Source: Lama guanicoe
Lineage: Eukaryota
Length of the DNA: 64,000 nucleotides
Direction of reading: 5' to 3'
Assembly: GCA_013239625.1 (NCBI GenBank)
Contig: MU054323.1
Coordinates: 10,385,186-10,449,185, forward strand
Position 1 is the first letter of the stretch. Every line of letters starts with the position of its first letter. Below the pieces are notes generated by a model. The model was not told the origin of the DNA. It ran no database searches and was given only the letters and a program-made list of their open reading frames with translations. Position numbers and translations under genes: made by a program. Shown piece by piece: positions 13,640 to 26,240 of this stretch.

Positions 13640-13825
13640 TATATTACTTCATCTTATTTAATTTTCACAATAAATGCATGAGACAAATATTATCATCCCC
13701 ATTTTACAAGAGAGAAAATTGAGGCTCAGAGAGCTTATAAACTTGCCCATGTAGGAAATGGTAAGAGGCGATATGAACCCAAGACTATTTATCTTCAAAA
13801 CCACTGCACTTTCTACTATGTTGCA
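13640..13825 (-). mobile_element. MIR SINE
   Basis: attatcatccccattttacaagagagaaaattgaggctcagagag...aacttgccca (reverse MIR core). Confidence 0.88.
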
Positions 13826-16721
13826 CATTGGTTCACATTTATATTAATAAACCTAAATAACTAGGTTTTTTTTTAGAAGAGCTTTTTAGTGGGTCAGGGG
13901 TAGCTAGTATTTGAAGAATACCAGCACTCAGAAAAGGCTGTATCCAAGAAATATTTTGGCTTCTCCCTAGTGTTGCCTCAGGCTATCTTATTCCTTCTCT
14001 ACTCAAGTTCCACATCATCAAAACCAGGTTGGAACACATGGGATTGTGGGAGGCAGACAACCACCCTGGCCCTGGCTGAGATTTCTTCCCCCCTTTTATA
14101 TAGCAGGCCAGGAAGAGGAGATTGAGAGTCAACCTCTGCAGACCTCACCCCTCAATCACTGTGGGTGGGGTGGAGAGTAGTAGATTGCTTATAGCCACAG
14201 TTGTAGGAAAAAATACTAGTAGAAGAAGTGGTCTTAAATGACTTCCATGTGCCCAATTTGCTTGCTGCCTTAGCATCACCCCTACATTTTATATTCAATG
14301 GAACACCCTATGCCCTATGAATGTTTAGGGTTACTGAAAGTTCAAGGTTACTCCCTAGTGCTCCTATACCTTCCAGTCCTATCAGATGAGTTAGACACCT
14401 CCTGAGAGTCAGTTTAGCTCATCCCCAAGTCTGTTTATGGCTATTGTACTCATTACGTTGATGCAACATGAGCAAGAAAAATTGGAATTACTTTGTAAAG
14501 ACTAGAAAAAAAAACTGCTCTTTGATTAGATGTGAATGGGGCAATAGAAAAGATCAGGGGAAAAAAATCTTGAAAATTCCCCAAACCTTCAGATAAGTTC
14601 ACAAGGGTTCTTTAAGTATTCCCATTTTAGAGAAACTGAAATGGAAAATCGTGGATGTGGTATCACAGTGTCATGAATGTGATTTATACAGAAAGGCAAC
14701 ACAGAACTCCCAATCAACAGACTCACCCTAGAAGCAAAGGTCTTGGCCCTACGGCAACAGACTAGTGAATTAGCATGTTTAGAAATTTCAAGTTAAAATG
14801 TTTCAGGATGTAGGTTGATTCTCCAGCAAGGCTGATTGTCTAAAAGCACTTTTTCTTTGTGCTAGTTTGTATTAAAAAAACACACAGAGGATTCACTGGT
14901 GTTTTTCTTCTTTTTAAAGGCAGGAGCACAGATTATTTAGGCAAAATATCAAGTAAGAGAAAACTTCTTATCAAGAGTAGCAAGCCTGAGAATCCTGAAT
15001 TTCTGCCTTCCATTTGTCTGGATTTTGGGTCAGGTCCCACGCAAGACACTACCTCCTACGGCATTTGATGAACACCCCTCATCAGGGGGCTATGTGGAGG
15101 GACCCAGCTGGATTCTGGGCAGGGGAAGTGAGAAGAGAGAGAGTTTGGGTGGCACTGTCATTCCAGAAATCACTTAAAATTACAGAAAGGTGCACAAGAG
15201 GGGATCCCAGCAGGTTCCCCATTGCACAGATCTGTCAGTTTCTCTGGCAGGGAGGTGGTGGATTTTCTCTGATTAGAGTCCCAGGTGATCATTTTGCCTT
15301 TGGAACGTCTTCTGTAAGGAGATTTGGGCACATCACCCACCAGCAGCCAGTGGGAATCTGGAACTTGGTTTCCTAATTCTGTCCTCTTTCCAACAACTTT
15401 TTAGCACCATCTGTTCTTTTCAAACACAATCCTTTCTTTGAAGCCAATACAATGCAGTTAGTTCTCTTGTTTGTGTGTGTGTGTGTATGTATGTGTATGT
15501 GTATGTATGTTTTAAAACTACATCCTCCCCAGGGCCAGATCAAGAAAGATAAAGACAACGTGGAAACTGAAATGTGTCCGTTTTCTGGAGGTGCCTCCTC
15601 CAGCCGCATCTGCCTCCTGCTTGAGCCCTGAGCCCCGAGTGGGGCTGGGGTCGGGGCTTTCACCTCGTACCCCCGCCTCAGCATCCAGGAGTTCCCAGGC
15701 CTGGAAGCCATCCTTCTTGCTGGTGCTCAAATGACAGCCAGTTGCCCGTCTGTTCCCTGAAGAGCCAGCCTAAATGCCATTTAATGCGTTAATGTATCGA
15801 TTGGTTCAGTACGGACTCAAGCCTCTGTGCCAAGCAAAACGCTGACACCTAAACCCAGGGGCTCCATTTCAGGCATAAATCTCTGGCCAAGTCAAGCCAC
15901 TGTGCTGAAACTTTATACAGTTGAGAAGACCTGGCCATAAACTGCAGACCTGTAAGCAAATTTATAAGCAAATTTTGGGGCTGGGACAGTGGTCAGCTAT
16001 CTACTAATGGAGGGGCCTGGCTGGGTGGGGTCAGGACAGCCAGATGATCCCCCATTTCACACTCTGCTCCTGTACTGCCCTTCTGCTGGGTGGCCAGCCA
16101 GGGATGTGGAGGCAACTGCCAGAGGCACTGATGGATCATATCCCAAGCCCCTTGGCCCAGAGAGGCTCAGTGGCCCTGCTTCAGCACCCATACTTACTGT
16201 GGCAAGGACAGTGGGTGATGAAGTTACTGTGGGTTGAAAGATGTAAATCTGGCATGAATCTTGGGAAACACCACGTCTAATCCTCACACGTGGCAGAGAA
16301 GGACTGAGGCCTGAACTATCACCTCTGTTCTGCAGAGGAGGGCTCCCTTATGTCTGGACTAATTCCTTTAAAACTCCAACATGACCATGCTCTTCAATGC
16401 CCCTCAAGACCCGCCTCTGGTTCCCCACATACGCCAGGGCTCTTCTCTACCCACTATGCACGTGCTTAGGGGATTCCCTGTGCCCCGAATCTACTTTTCT
16501 ACTTTTTCTCTGCTGGGCTGTTCTTTGTTGATCAAGATTCAACTTGGTGTCCTTCAAGAATCCAACTCCAAGGTTGGACTGGGTGACTGGGCTAGGGGAT
16601 CAGGGCAAGGCGTGCCTGACTCCCCCTGAGGAGTTTTTAGAAAAGCTTCTTGGAGGAAGTGGTATTTGTTACTATTAGGCTGGTCTACTCTGGTCCTAGA
16701 AGGGATGTGCAGAAAGGGTGG

Positions 16722-17183
16722 TGTTTTGTGTTGAATTGTGTCCCCACAAAAAGATATGCTGAAGCCCTAGCCCCCAGTGCCTCAGAATGGGACCTCATTT
16801 GGAAGCAGTCTTTAAAAAGGTAATCAAGTTAACACGAGATCATGGGGTGGGCCCGAATCCAACATGGCTAAGCTGCTGTAATAAGCGGAAGTGTGGACAC
16901 AGGGACAGGTGCACAGGGAAACCACAACCTGAGGATGCAGGCAGAGGTTTGGGGTGATGCATCTACAAGCCAAGGAACACCAGAGACCACCAACAAACCC
17001 CCGGGAGCCAGGAGAGAGGGAGAGGTGGAGCAGCTTCTCCCTCTCAGCCCTCAGAGGGAACCAACCCTGCCGGCACCCCGAGCTTGGACTTCCACAACTG
17101 TGAGACAACAAAGGTTTGTTGTTTAAGTCACCCAGTGTGTTACAGTCTGTACTTTGTTATGGTAGCCCTGGCAAACAAACAGA
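16722..17183 (+). mobile_element. MLT1C-like MaLR solo LTR with GGTGG target-site duplication
   Basis: tgttttgtgttgaattgtgtccccacaaaaagatatgctgaag...gtgatgcatctacaagccaaggaac...ctttgttatggtagccctggcaaac. GGTGG lies at 16717-16721 and 17184-17188. Confidence 0.92.
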
Positions 17184-18784
17184 GGTGGATAATTCAAAAC
17201 CATCCCCACTAAGTGGAGAAACAAACTTTAAAATATTTTTTACCAACTATGGATGATGAATGGCATCACCTTTCTGTGTGACAACCCCCATCGTGGACCG
17301 GCAGCTCACAGGCTACTGAGAAAACAACTTGTTTCTCTCAGAGGAGCCCCATTTTCCTTGGGGTCAGAAAGAGCACTGGACATTTTCCTACACATTTACC
17401 TCTGCCTCCCAGATGGATAATATCACCTTCACCTTCGGGGAGGCCCCACTGTAGAACGATACTAGAAAGTGCTTGCTAATAACCCAGGAATCATGGGCCC
17501 ATTAGATTCGCCTGGGTGATGCTCATACCTTTAAGCCATGCTTGAGGAAACTAATGGAATTTGAACTTCAGGATTCTTGTGTGTCAGCCACATGGGAGCT
17601 TTCCAGAACACAGCAGACAGAACTGCTCAAGAGGCCCTGAGATTGTGCTAATGGTATGTTCGCCTGGGAGCCAATTTCTGGCCTAAAATTTCCACCACCA
17701 ATTTTCACCTGACATTAAAGGGTCAGCTCAAAACAGTGACCTGGAACTTTTAAGGGATGCTGGGCCTGCACTAGAAGCAGAGCACATGGGGCGCCAGAAA
17801 GACTGGGGCTGGAGTTGGGGTGGGCAGGAGCCCCCAGGCGTGAGGCCAGGCTTTCCTCCTGTCTCCTACCTAATTCATCCTGGGCTTTGGATATTTACAA
17901 TAAGAAAGCCTTGAACACAGAATCTCTTGACACTGGCCCTGGCCCTATATACTGGAAGCTGCAACTTTCTGGAAAGAGCAGGCTCCCCGTTTTTGGCTGG
18001 TCCAGTCCTTCAGTGGTATATTTAATCAATAAGGGCTTGGGGAACAATCACCTATAAGACAGGAAAAGCCCATCCTTCTTTACCTGCCTCCCAAGAGATG
18101 TATGCAAAGTGTCTTAGAAAGGGCTGTCCGGATATCCACTGTCCTATAAGTGTCAGCATAGCCACTGGGAAGCCTGCAATGCAGTTTTGTTAAAACCAAA
18201 CCAAGCAGAGACTTCCAAAGAGTCAATAAAAACTGACTCCTGGGGATGAGGTTGTAACACTCGTCCCTTTGCTGAGCCTTGTGCTGACAGATTGTGAAAG
18301 CTGGAGCCTATCCAGTTGTTTGGCATGTTTCTCGTGGAGCCCAGAGGGCAAGCAGAGCCCTCTTCTCCCCAGTCTAAGGAATCCTCAAAGGACAAAGGAC
18401 GGCAGGAGTGGACAGTGACAAAGCCTGGGAAGATGAAGTCCAGCTCAGGGCTCCTGGCTATTGTGAGCTCTGTGAGTGGTTCCAAAGCTCTGTCGACAGC
18501 TTGTAGCAGGTTCAGAGACATCATTCAAAACAGCTCTGAGCCTTTGATTCAAGCCCTGAGCCCTGCAGGTGGCCTCTGCACCAAGCAGGTGGTAGACACT
18601 CATCTCTGGCTCTTTACACTCCCAGAGTAGGGACTGAGAGGCAGGCACTGCTGTGGGTGGATCCTGAAAGATGTGGACGGGATCTGTGGTGCTAGCATCT
18701 CTGGCTTTGGAAACTTGCCAGGGATGTCATCCAAGCAATGATGGTAATAATTGTTATACTGCTATTAGATTATCATAATTGTCA

Positions 18785-19015
18785 TAATGCTATGACTCCT
18801 TGGACAAAAATGCTATGCCAGACGCTGTGAAAGAACTCTTCACAGTTATTTCATTGAATCCTCTTAGGGGCTGTGAGAGGTAGAAGTTGCTGCCCCATTG
18901 TACAGATGAGGAAACTGAGATCCAGAAGGTGAATTATCTTGCTCTCGATTTAGTAAGCAATATTTAGTAAGGTGAGATTCAAACTCAGGCCTGTCAAACG
19001 TCAAGTCCACGGCTG
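18785..19015 (-). mobile_element. MIR SINE
   Basis: ccccattgtacagatgaggaaactgagatccagaaggtgaattatcttgc...gattcaaactcaggcctgtc. Confidence 0.88.
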
Positions 19016-21904
19016 TCTCTCTAGGCCCTGGCTTCCCACAGACGCAGGGTGCAGCCTGGGCTGCTGCAGGAGATGGGGGCGGCTGGCCTCAGACACTCAG
19101 AAATCCCACAACTTCTGGGCTGAGAGGTATCCCAGAGACAACCAGGGTAGAGTACTTTCCTGAGGACCCACTATGGGCAGAGCACAGAACTTACTTACTA
19201 TGTGTATCAGGAGATTTAAACCTGAGATGGACTTAGGGTGAAGATGGACCCCCAGCCCAGAATACTCAAGTTCACAGGGTGAGTGCTCCTTGGGACAGCG
19301 GTGGGACCTCTGCCCCAGCACACTGGCTCCCTGTAAGGGGCTCCATGCCTCCTCATATCCCTTCTCATCTGATTCTTACACCCCCTACCCTGGGACAGGA
19401 TGCTCTTATCCATTTTGTCACACAGTGTGGAGTAAAGGGTTACAGGGCTTGCTCAGAGGACTAGCTAGGAAGTGCCAGAGCTTGGTCTTGTGATTACCAG
19501 CTGGTGCTGTCCTATCCGTCCCCCAGAGACTCCAGAAACAGGAAGGGCCTCGGTGGTGGGGACTGGCTACCATGTTGTCTGCCTGTCACTGGTATGTGCG
19601 GAGCCACGCAAATGATGTTCTCCTGTTTCTAGAGCCGTCCCTTGGCAGGGGCATGAGAGGGGTGTGTGTGTTGGGGTGGGGGTGGCTGGGGCAAATCTGA
19701 GTTGGGAGCCTCCTCCTTCCCTGGCATTTTTACATGGATGAAAATAAACATCAATTCTTAGAGGACAGGGATAATACACAACTCTTCCTGTTTTACAGAC
19801 GAGAAAATTGAGGCAAGAAAAGCAGAAGGAAATGGAATCAAGTTTTTTGGATTAAAAAAAAAGCACAAACGCTAGGATCCTAGGGCCAGTGTCTGGCACC
19901 TAATCCTCGTGGCCTCTTACTGAACTGAGTAAAGGTAACTGGGCCCTTTGGTCCTCACCTACGACTCGGCTCTGTGTATGTTTCTGGTTTGTGGGTATGT
20001 GCCTGGGATGGGCCAGGGGCTAAAGTCCCATGTTGAATAAAATCATATGTCACTGAATCCTTTAGTATCAAGTACATCATCTAATTTAAAAATTTTTATT
20101 ACTTATTTTCTTTTATTTTAAAAGTCTTCTGAGCATGCATACATATTCCTGCTGATCTGATATCAGTATTAGTAAAATTTAGTATCTTATTTTAAAATAA
20201 GCAATAGATCTGTCATGTTATGTATTACTATGTTAATAGTACCCCCAATGAATCATTTTGCCCGTGGGGTGACTGCACTGTTTGGAGATGCACCTCAGTC
20301 CACTGTCATGTTAGAAGATCAACACTCAAGTGATGAAGACTCCTGTTGCTTTGGTCCAGTCCGCTAATCGCTTTCTAACAGGCTGTGCCCACCAGTGCAG
20401 GCAAGCCCTACGTAGCCCATGAATGGCTGCTAACCAGAGGGCCTGGGGTACCTCCTCACCAAGACTGGAGAGTCTCTTTCTCTCTTGGCTGCCTTTACCC
20501 AAGGTCAGGACTTGGAGCATCAGCTTATGAGGCTCCGAGTCCTGGTTTTTCTCTCTTTCTCCCAAGCCTCTTTGGTGAATTCCCCTTTTCCCAGTCTGAT
20601 CTCTGTCCCTCACCCAGCCCACTGTTAAGCAGAAGAAGTAGTTGTGACCCACACTTAAAACCTTCTTTCAGTAACTGGTGCCTCTGGATATAGACTTACG
20701 CATTTCTCCCATACAAATTGCTGTCACCAGTTATAAAGCACTAATTACACGTCGGAGGTGGCTCCTTTAGTGACTCCTGCCCCCAGCATTCTGTCTTAGC
20801 CCCTTCACTACACGTTGGTCCAGCTGGGTCTTTGAGAAGAGGGTAAGGGCTGGCTATCACTCCAGCTCTTCTCTCCTCTCTGTGACATGGCTGCCCTCTG
20901 CAGGCTGCTGCTGCCCCAGGATCCTCATGCCCTTGGTGGTGGGGGTCCTTTTCCAATACACAGCACACCCCCTCAGATAGCACCTGCTTTTACTTTCCTC
21001 CAAAGATCACAAGGATCTCTCCCCTCCCTGACCCTTCCACTTGAATCTTTGAATCATATTCCTTTATTCTATTTCCCATGGAAGGATCCCAATATCATTT
21101 GCATGTTTCCAGAATTGTACAGCTTTCACAACAAGCATGGTGGAACATGCCCATCCTATCCCATTAATTTCTTGCTTCCTATTGGGGAATGGGAGGGCAG
21201 GGGTGGATGGGGACATGATCCCCAAACTCACAACTCCTTGCAAGGGGAGATTCCCAAGAATCACCAGGTTCCTTGGTGGGGCTGCTTGTTAGAGCCAGTA
21301 TCTTCAAACTGGACCCATGGCTGAAGCCTCCCATGCAGCCTCCTTCCAAAGGGAGGTGACACAAGTTGAGTATTCAGATCGGCCCCATCCCAGGGGCCAC
21401 TGTGTGGAAATAACTGAAGTCTTTTAACAGAGGTGTCTAAGAAAGCGATTAAAAGGGAATTGCAATTATCGAGCCCAGAGGTAAAATTTCAGAACTGGCC
21501 CATAAATCCTGATTTGACATGAAATTTAAAACTCCCCAATGGTCTCCAATGCCATAGTAAAAGGGCTTTAATACTAAGAAGTAGAAATAATGAATGATAA
21601 TCAGGATATTGTTTCTGGGAGTAGGGGCAGCTCCGAGGGCCGGGCTGGCAGGGAACCACAGGTTCACATTTGGTTGTGTTTTACATCCCTCGCTTCACAA
21701 GAGATCCTAGAAGGAAGGGAGGGCGGGCTTGGCAGAGAAGTGTTGAGTAAAAACCTGGCAGACCTATTCACCAGTGAACTCCGGCTCAAGCTCCACTGAA
21801 AGTCAGGGGTGCAACTGACCCTTGCCTGTTATGCAGCTGCTCTGCGCCAGACCATGCAAGGAGCAGGTGCCAGGGGAGGGCCAACTGGGCCAGGAGCTAA
21901 CCTG

Positions 21905-22115
21905 GAGAGGCAGCAAGGCGCTGAGGAGGAGCACTGTGTTGAGAGTCTGGAGATCCTTGCTCGAGACCTAGCTTTTTCACTGGCTAGGGGGCTTTGGGCA
22001 AGTCACTCCACCTCTCTGCTCATGGTTCCTCTATTTTATTGACTCCCTCACAGGATTATGGGAGTGGACAATTATTAGATGGTGAATGAATAGGAGAGTG
22101 CTTTGAAAATGTATC
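21905..22115 (+). mobile_element. MIR SINE
   Basis: gagcactgtgttgagagtctggaga...ctttgggcaagtcactccacctctctg...cctcacaggattatggg. Confidence 0.75.
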
Positions 22116-22499
22116 TTACAATAGATTTCTATTGTTTTGGTATTTGCTACTTGGCTCGATGTGGTCATTCTCTGGACATATTTTAAGGTTGTTGCCTCAA
22201 AATTTGTCAGCAAAAATACAGCTAGATGACTCCTGAAGCTTCTTTCAGCTCCCGGGTACAAGGAAGATGGCAGTGCCGTGCACTGGTTTGGTCCATGCAG
22301 GGGATGCTGGTCCAAATTCCCTCCCGGGGATTTGGTTCTGCAGCTGCAGCCCCTTAGGGCATTGTCTTCTCAGGCAGCTGCTGGACCCTGCGGCTTTATG
22401 TTACCTTATGATTAATTAGAATCCCTGCCCCACCTCACCCTTCTCTAGGTGACCCCTAATCCTCTTCCCACAAACTGTTTCCAAACCAGATTTTCCACA

Positions 22500-23060
22500 T
22501 CCTATAGGTTGTGGATCAAAGCAGCATATTGTTTTGAACCTGAGTGCAGGGCCATCACATTCCCTGCAGCAAATTTTAACTGGCATGGTTTCCAGGATTG
22601 AGAATCTGTCATCTGTAGTATTAACTCTACTAATAAGTCTCCAAGCTTGGTGTCATCAGTAGACCAGTCCTCCTATGAAATGAGATAATGAACATATAGC
22701 TTCTAACACTGTGGCCACAATGTCATAGGTCTGAAAAAATATTGATTCCTTCTCTGCCACCAACTCGTTAAAAACATGGCAGAGTCAAAGGTCAAGGCAG
22801 AGCCCTTTCTCATTTCTCTTAGAGACACCTTCCAGATGGACAGGGCTCATTCACTATGCCTCTTTTGGTACAAGGGTTCAATTTGCTGCTGACCCATCTA
22901 GCAGAATACTAAGGGAAACACTGTCATATAGGTTGCTTAAGTCAAGACTCTTATCTTACTAATCTCACATCCTTGCTGAAGAAGCTGTTTTCCAGGACTT
23001 GTTTTAGGTGAGCCTGTGGTGACTCTTGGAATCACCACCTTCTTTTCTGAAAGTTCCAAA
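22500..23060 (-). mobile_element. L3/CR1 LINE reverse-transcriptase fossil
   Basis: The minus strand of 22641-22661 encodes TDDTKLG (CR1 FADDTKLG). 22794-22808 resembles QGSVL and 22536-22561 resembles KCKVLHLG, in the correct order. Confidence 0.75.
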
Positions 23061-23504
23061 ACCATTTCTTCAGCAACTTGTTTAGAATTTAACTGGGGTT
23101 AATATTTTTAAACTCAAAGAATTTTCTGATTGACTCTTGATGTAAACAGAATCCTAAAAATATACCATTGAGATCCTTGCATTTAAATCTAAAAATAAAA
23201 TTATCTATAAAAAGAAATCTACTCAGATTAGCCTAGTTTCATCTTATATAAACAGCATATAGCTATTTACTCCAAAAGGACACTTTATAGCTCATGCTGG
23301 GTTGGTATAAAAAACTGACTTTGAACAACAATTAACATGACCATCCAACACGTGGAGACCCTGTGACACAAATCTGTAGCAAATGTTTTAGCACTACGGC
23401 AAAGGAAGAATAAGACAGCAGTCCTACCCTTAAGAAATTTTTCAGTTGTGAAGACTAAGGAGGTAGTATGGAGTAAGAAACAGATAACCCCAAGGCACAA
23501 ACAA

Positions 23505-23780
23505 GCAATTTCACTGAATTCAACAAACACTTACTGAGCATATTATGTACCAGGCACGTGGTAGGTACTGGATTTGGATGATGATACATAGTTCCTGCCC
23601 TAAAGGAACTTATATTCCAGAATTCATATGTTGAGACTGCTTAAGTACTAACAAAATTCAAAGTAAGGGAGAGCCTAGCTCAGCATAAGGACAAGATTAA
23701 CTAAGAAGAATTTGAAGGAAGTAGAGGCAGGGAAAGACATTCCAAGCAGGCATCATGACACGAGAAGCAGCACGTAAGTC
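23505..23780 (-). mobile_element. L2 LINE 3' fragment
   Basis: attcaacaaacacttactgagcatattatgtaccaggcacgtggtaggtactgg...gttcctgccctaaaggaacttatattccag. Confidence 0.85.
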
Positions 23781-25877
23781 CTTCCAGTTTCCATCACCTG
23801 ATTGCTCCAGACTTTTAAAGTTCAAATCCTTGAGACCTAGACAATGGCAAAAATGTCGAGAGAGAAGCGTAATTCACGTTTAACAAGGAATGGATAATGT
23901 TACAGGTCAGGGAGTCTGCTTCAAAATAAGACTTTCTTTTTGACAGTGTCCCTTTAAATGATGTGACTCTGGGGACTTCTCCTTGCACAGCATCTGCCAC
24001 CCTACACAATAATTAGCCAGCGACACATTTTCTTCGTTGTTCATTAAAGATTAATGAGACACAGAGCTTAAGGCCTGGTTAGATGGAGAAACCCTGAAGG
24101 GTTAATTTGAACCTTTCATATCTATTCCTTTTCGAAACTCTGATGAACAGGTTTTCAATACAACAATGCCGTCTGCCTTCTAACCTACAATATGTCTTCA
24201 GTGGAAACTCAGACGCTTCTGGCAGGCTGTCTCCCACCATCAGCTTAAAAGCACATGCACGAAAGGAGGCAGAGCAGATGTTCGGAGCTCTGCAGTGGGT
24301 TGAGCACGCTTCATGCCGGGGTGACAGGCATTTTCAGCAAAGCGTGTCTCTTTACTTTGTGCTGAGTTCCTAAGGTGCCATCAAGTAGAAATGCCAGGTA
24401 GCAAGGTGCCACTGTGCGAACACAGCAAGCTCTGGCCAATTTGGAGGCAAGCTCTCCTTCACCTATTTATTTTGTTTCAACTGTTAGATTTCTGCTAGTT
24501 CTCTCCCTGCAGACAGCCACACTGGGAGAGGCTGAGAGGTGATAAAGAGACAGTTTATTTAACAAAAGGGATAAAGGAAAACTAATAGAAGTTTAAATAT
24601 GTCTAGTTAAAAGTAGGCAGCTGAAAATAATGGAGACAGGAATGATAAGAAGACTCTGGAATAATTAAATACCCTTCTGAAATTTGGGAGGCTCTGGCCC
24701 TTTAAGATTAGCTCACAGGAATGGATTCAGGCTGATTTAGATCTTGATACCCAGAATGATGCCTGGTTTGGTCCACTTTCTGCTCTTTTCTGCCTTTCAT
24801 TTTCTGAATCTCTATTTGGCACTGTTCAGCATCTGGTACAACACCCCGTACCCAGAGGAGCTTGAAATCCATTAATAGATGTTGTTGATGATGCCAATAA
24901 TCAGAGCTGAGAGCTGTGATTGTATTATAAGCAAAGCATTTGAATAATTGCAGAGCCAACAAGGCCCAGAGTGACATTTCTCCATCCCTATCACTGATGA
25001 GCATGACCTTGGGACAAGTCACCCCCTTCTATTCCCTGGGGATGCAATTCAGGGAAGGCCATGGCACCTTAAAAAGAAAAGGCTGAAGGAACGAACGCTT
25101 CATTCTACCAAATCCACCACCCTGTGTCGTCCCCAGTTTTCCCCGGGAATTCTGACCTCCTGAAGCCCCTCTCCCACACCTCTCCACGCTCCATTCCTTC
25201 TGCCCAGAACCGCTTTGCACTGACTCCTTAGGATTTGAGGTGGAATGAGAATCTCTGAGGCTATGAGCTGAACTGCTCCCAGCCCATTCTCAAGATTGCC
25301 TTTAGTAAACATGAGGTCCCTGTTAGGCTCAGGGGCCTCAGCCTGACAGATGACCAACACCTCTGAAGTCAAGCCCACCCATGACTGATTGCCCTGTTAC
25401 TCATCTGCAGAGCCTGCACAGAGCTGAGAGGGCTGCTCAGTTCATGGGCCTTCTGTATGAAGAAATTTAAACAGAATTTTCAGGAAAGAACTGGCCTGAA
25501 TAATGACAGACAGGCAGAACTTCCCTCTCCCCCATCCCATGGCACACTCTGATTTTGTCCGTGTGTCAGCTGTCCACGTTAGCAGCACATCTGGTTCTGT
25601 GTGTAGAGTCCACGCACATCACCTGTGCTCCATGCTCAGTCCTGGGCAGGCAGAACTGTCCCTCAAGTCTCCGGCCAATACTTATAACTGCCTAGAATTC
25701 ATAACTTTCAGATCTAAGGCAGTTCTTTGTCTTCTTAGCAGAACATATTTTCCACTCAGGCTCAACCATAAATAAACCTGTGATTTGAATTTGTCCCCTG
25801 TGGGTGAGATGTACAACATCCCAGATAAAGGATTCAGGAGGCCCGAGTTTCTAATTCCATCTTTGTTGCTATTCATA

Positions 25878-26117
25878 GTCAACATTTACTCAGTTCTTAT
25901 TAGGTGCTGGATAGTGTGTTCAGACTTCTATCCATTTTTTTTTCATTCAACCTTCACCGTATGAAGTAGGTCTATCATGATGAGGACATAGAAACTAAAG
26001 AAAGTTAGGTGACTGGCTCAAGTTCACACAGCTAGTAACAGATGTGGAGTTTGAAGCGGGGCCCAGGTCTGTCCAATTTCAAAACCACTGCTCTTAACCA
26101 CTACCTGTACTGCCTCC
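25878..26117 (-). mobile_element. MIR SINE
   Basis: gttaggtgactggctcaagttcacacagctagtaa...ccaggtctgtccaatttcaaaaccactgctcttaaccacta. Confidence 0.85.
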
Positions 26118-26129
26118 TGATCCACATGG

Positions 26130-26240
26130 ATCCAGGCAAGTCTCTTTCAGTCTCTGGGACTTGGTTTCTTCTTTACTTGCAACATAGGGGATTAGGTCTA
26201 GGATCCCTCAAGGGCCCTCCAGTTCCCACATGCTATGGAT
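26130..26240 (+). mobile_element. MIR3 fragment
   Basis: ggcaagtctctttcagtctctgggacttggtttctt...ctcaagggccctccagttc...atgctatg. Confidence 0.65.

Noticed and set aside
16180..16211. Split RE1 site (TTCAGCACC ... GGACAG)
   Set aside because: The 17-nt gap is longer than the spacings usually described for non-canonical REST sites.
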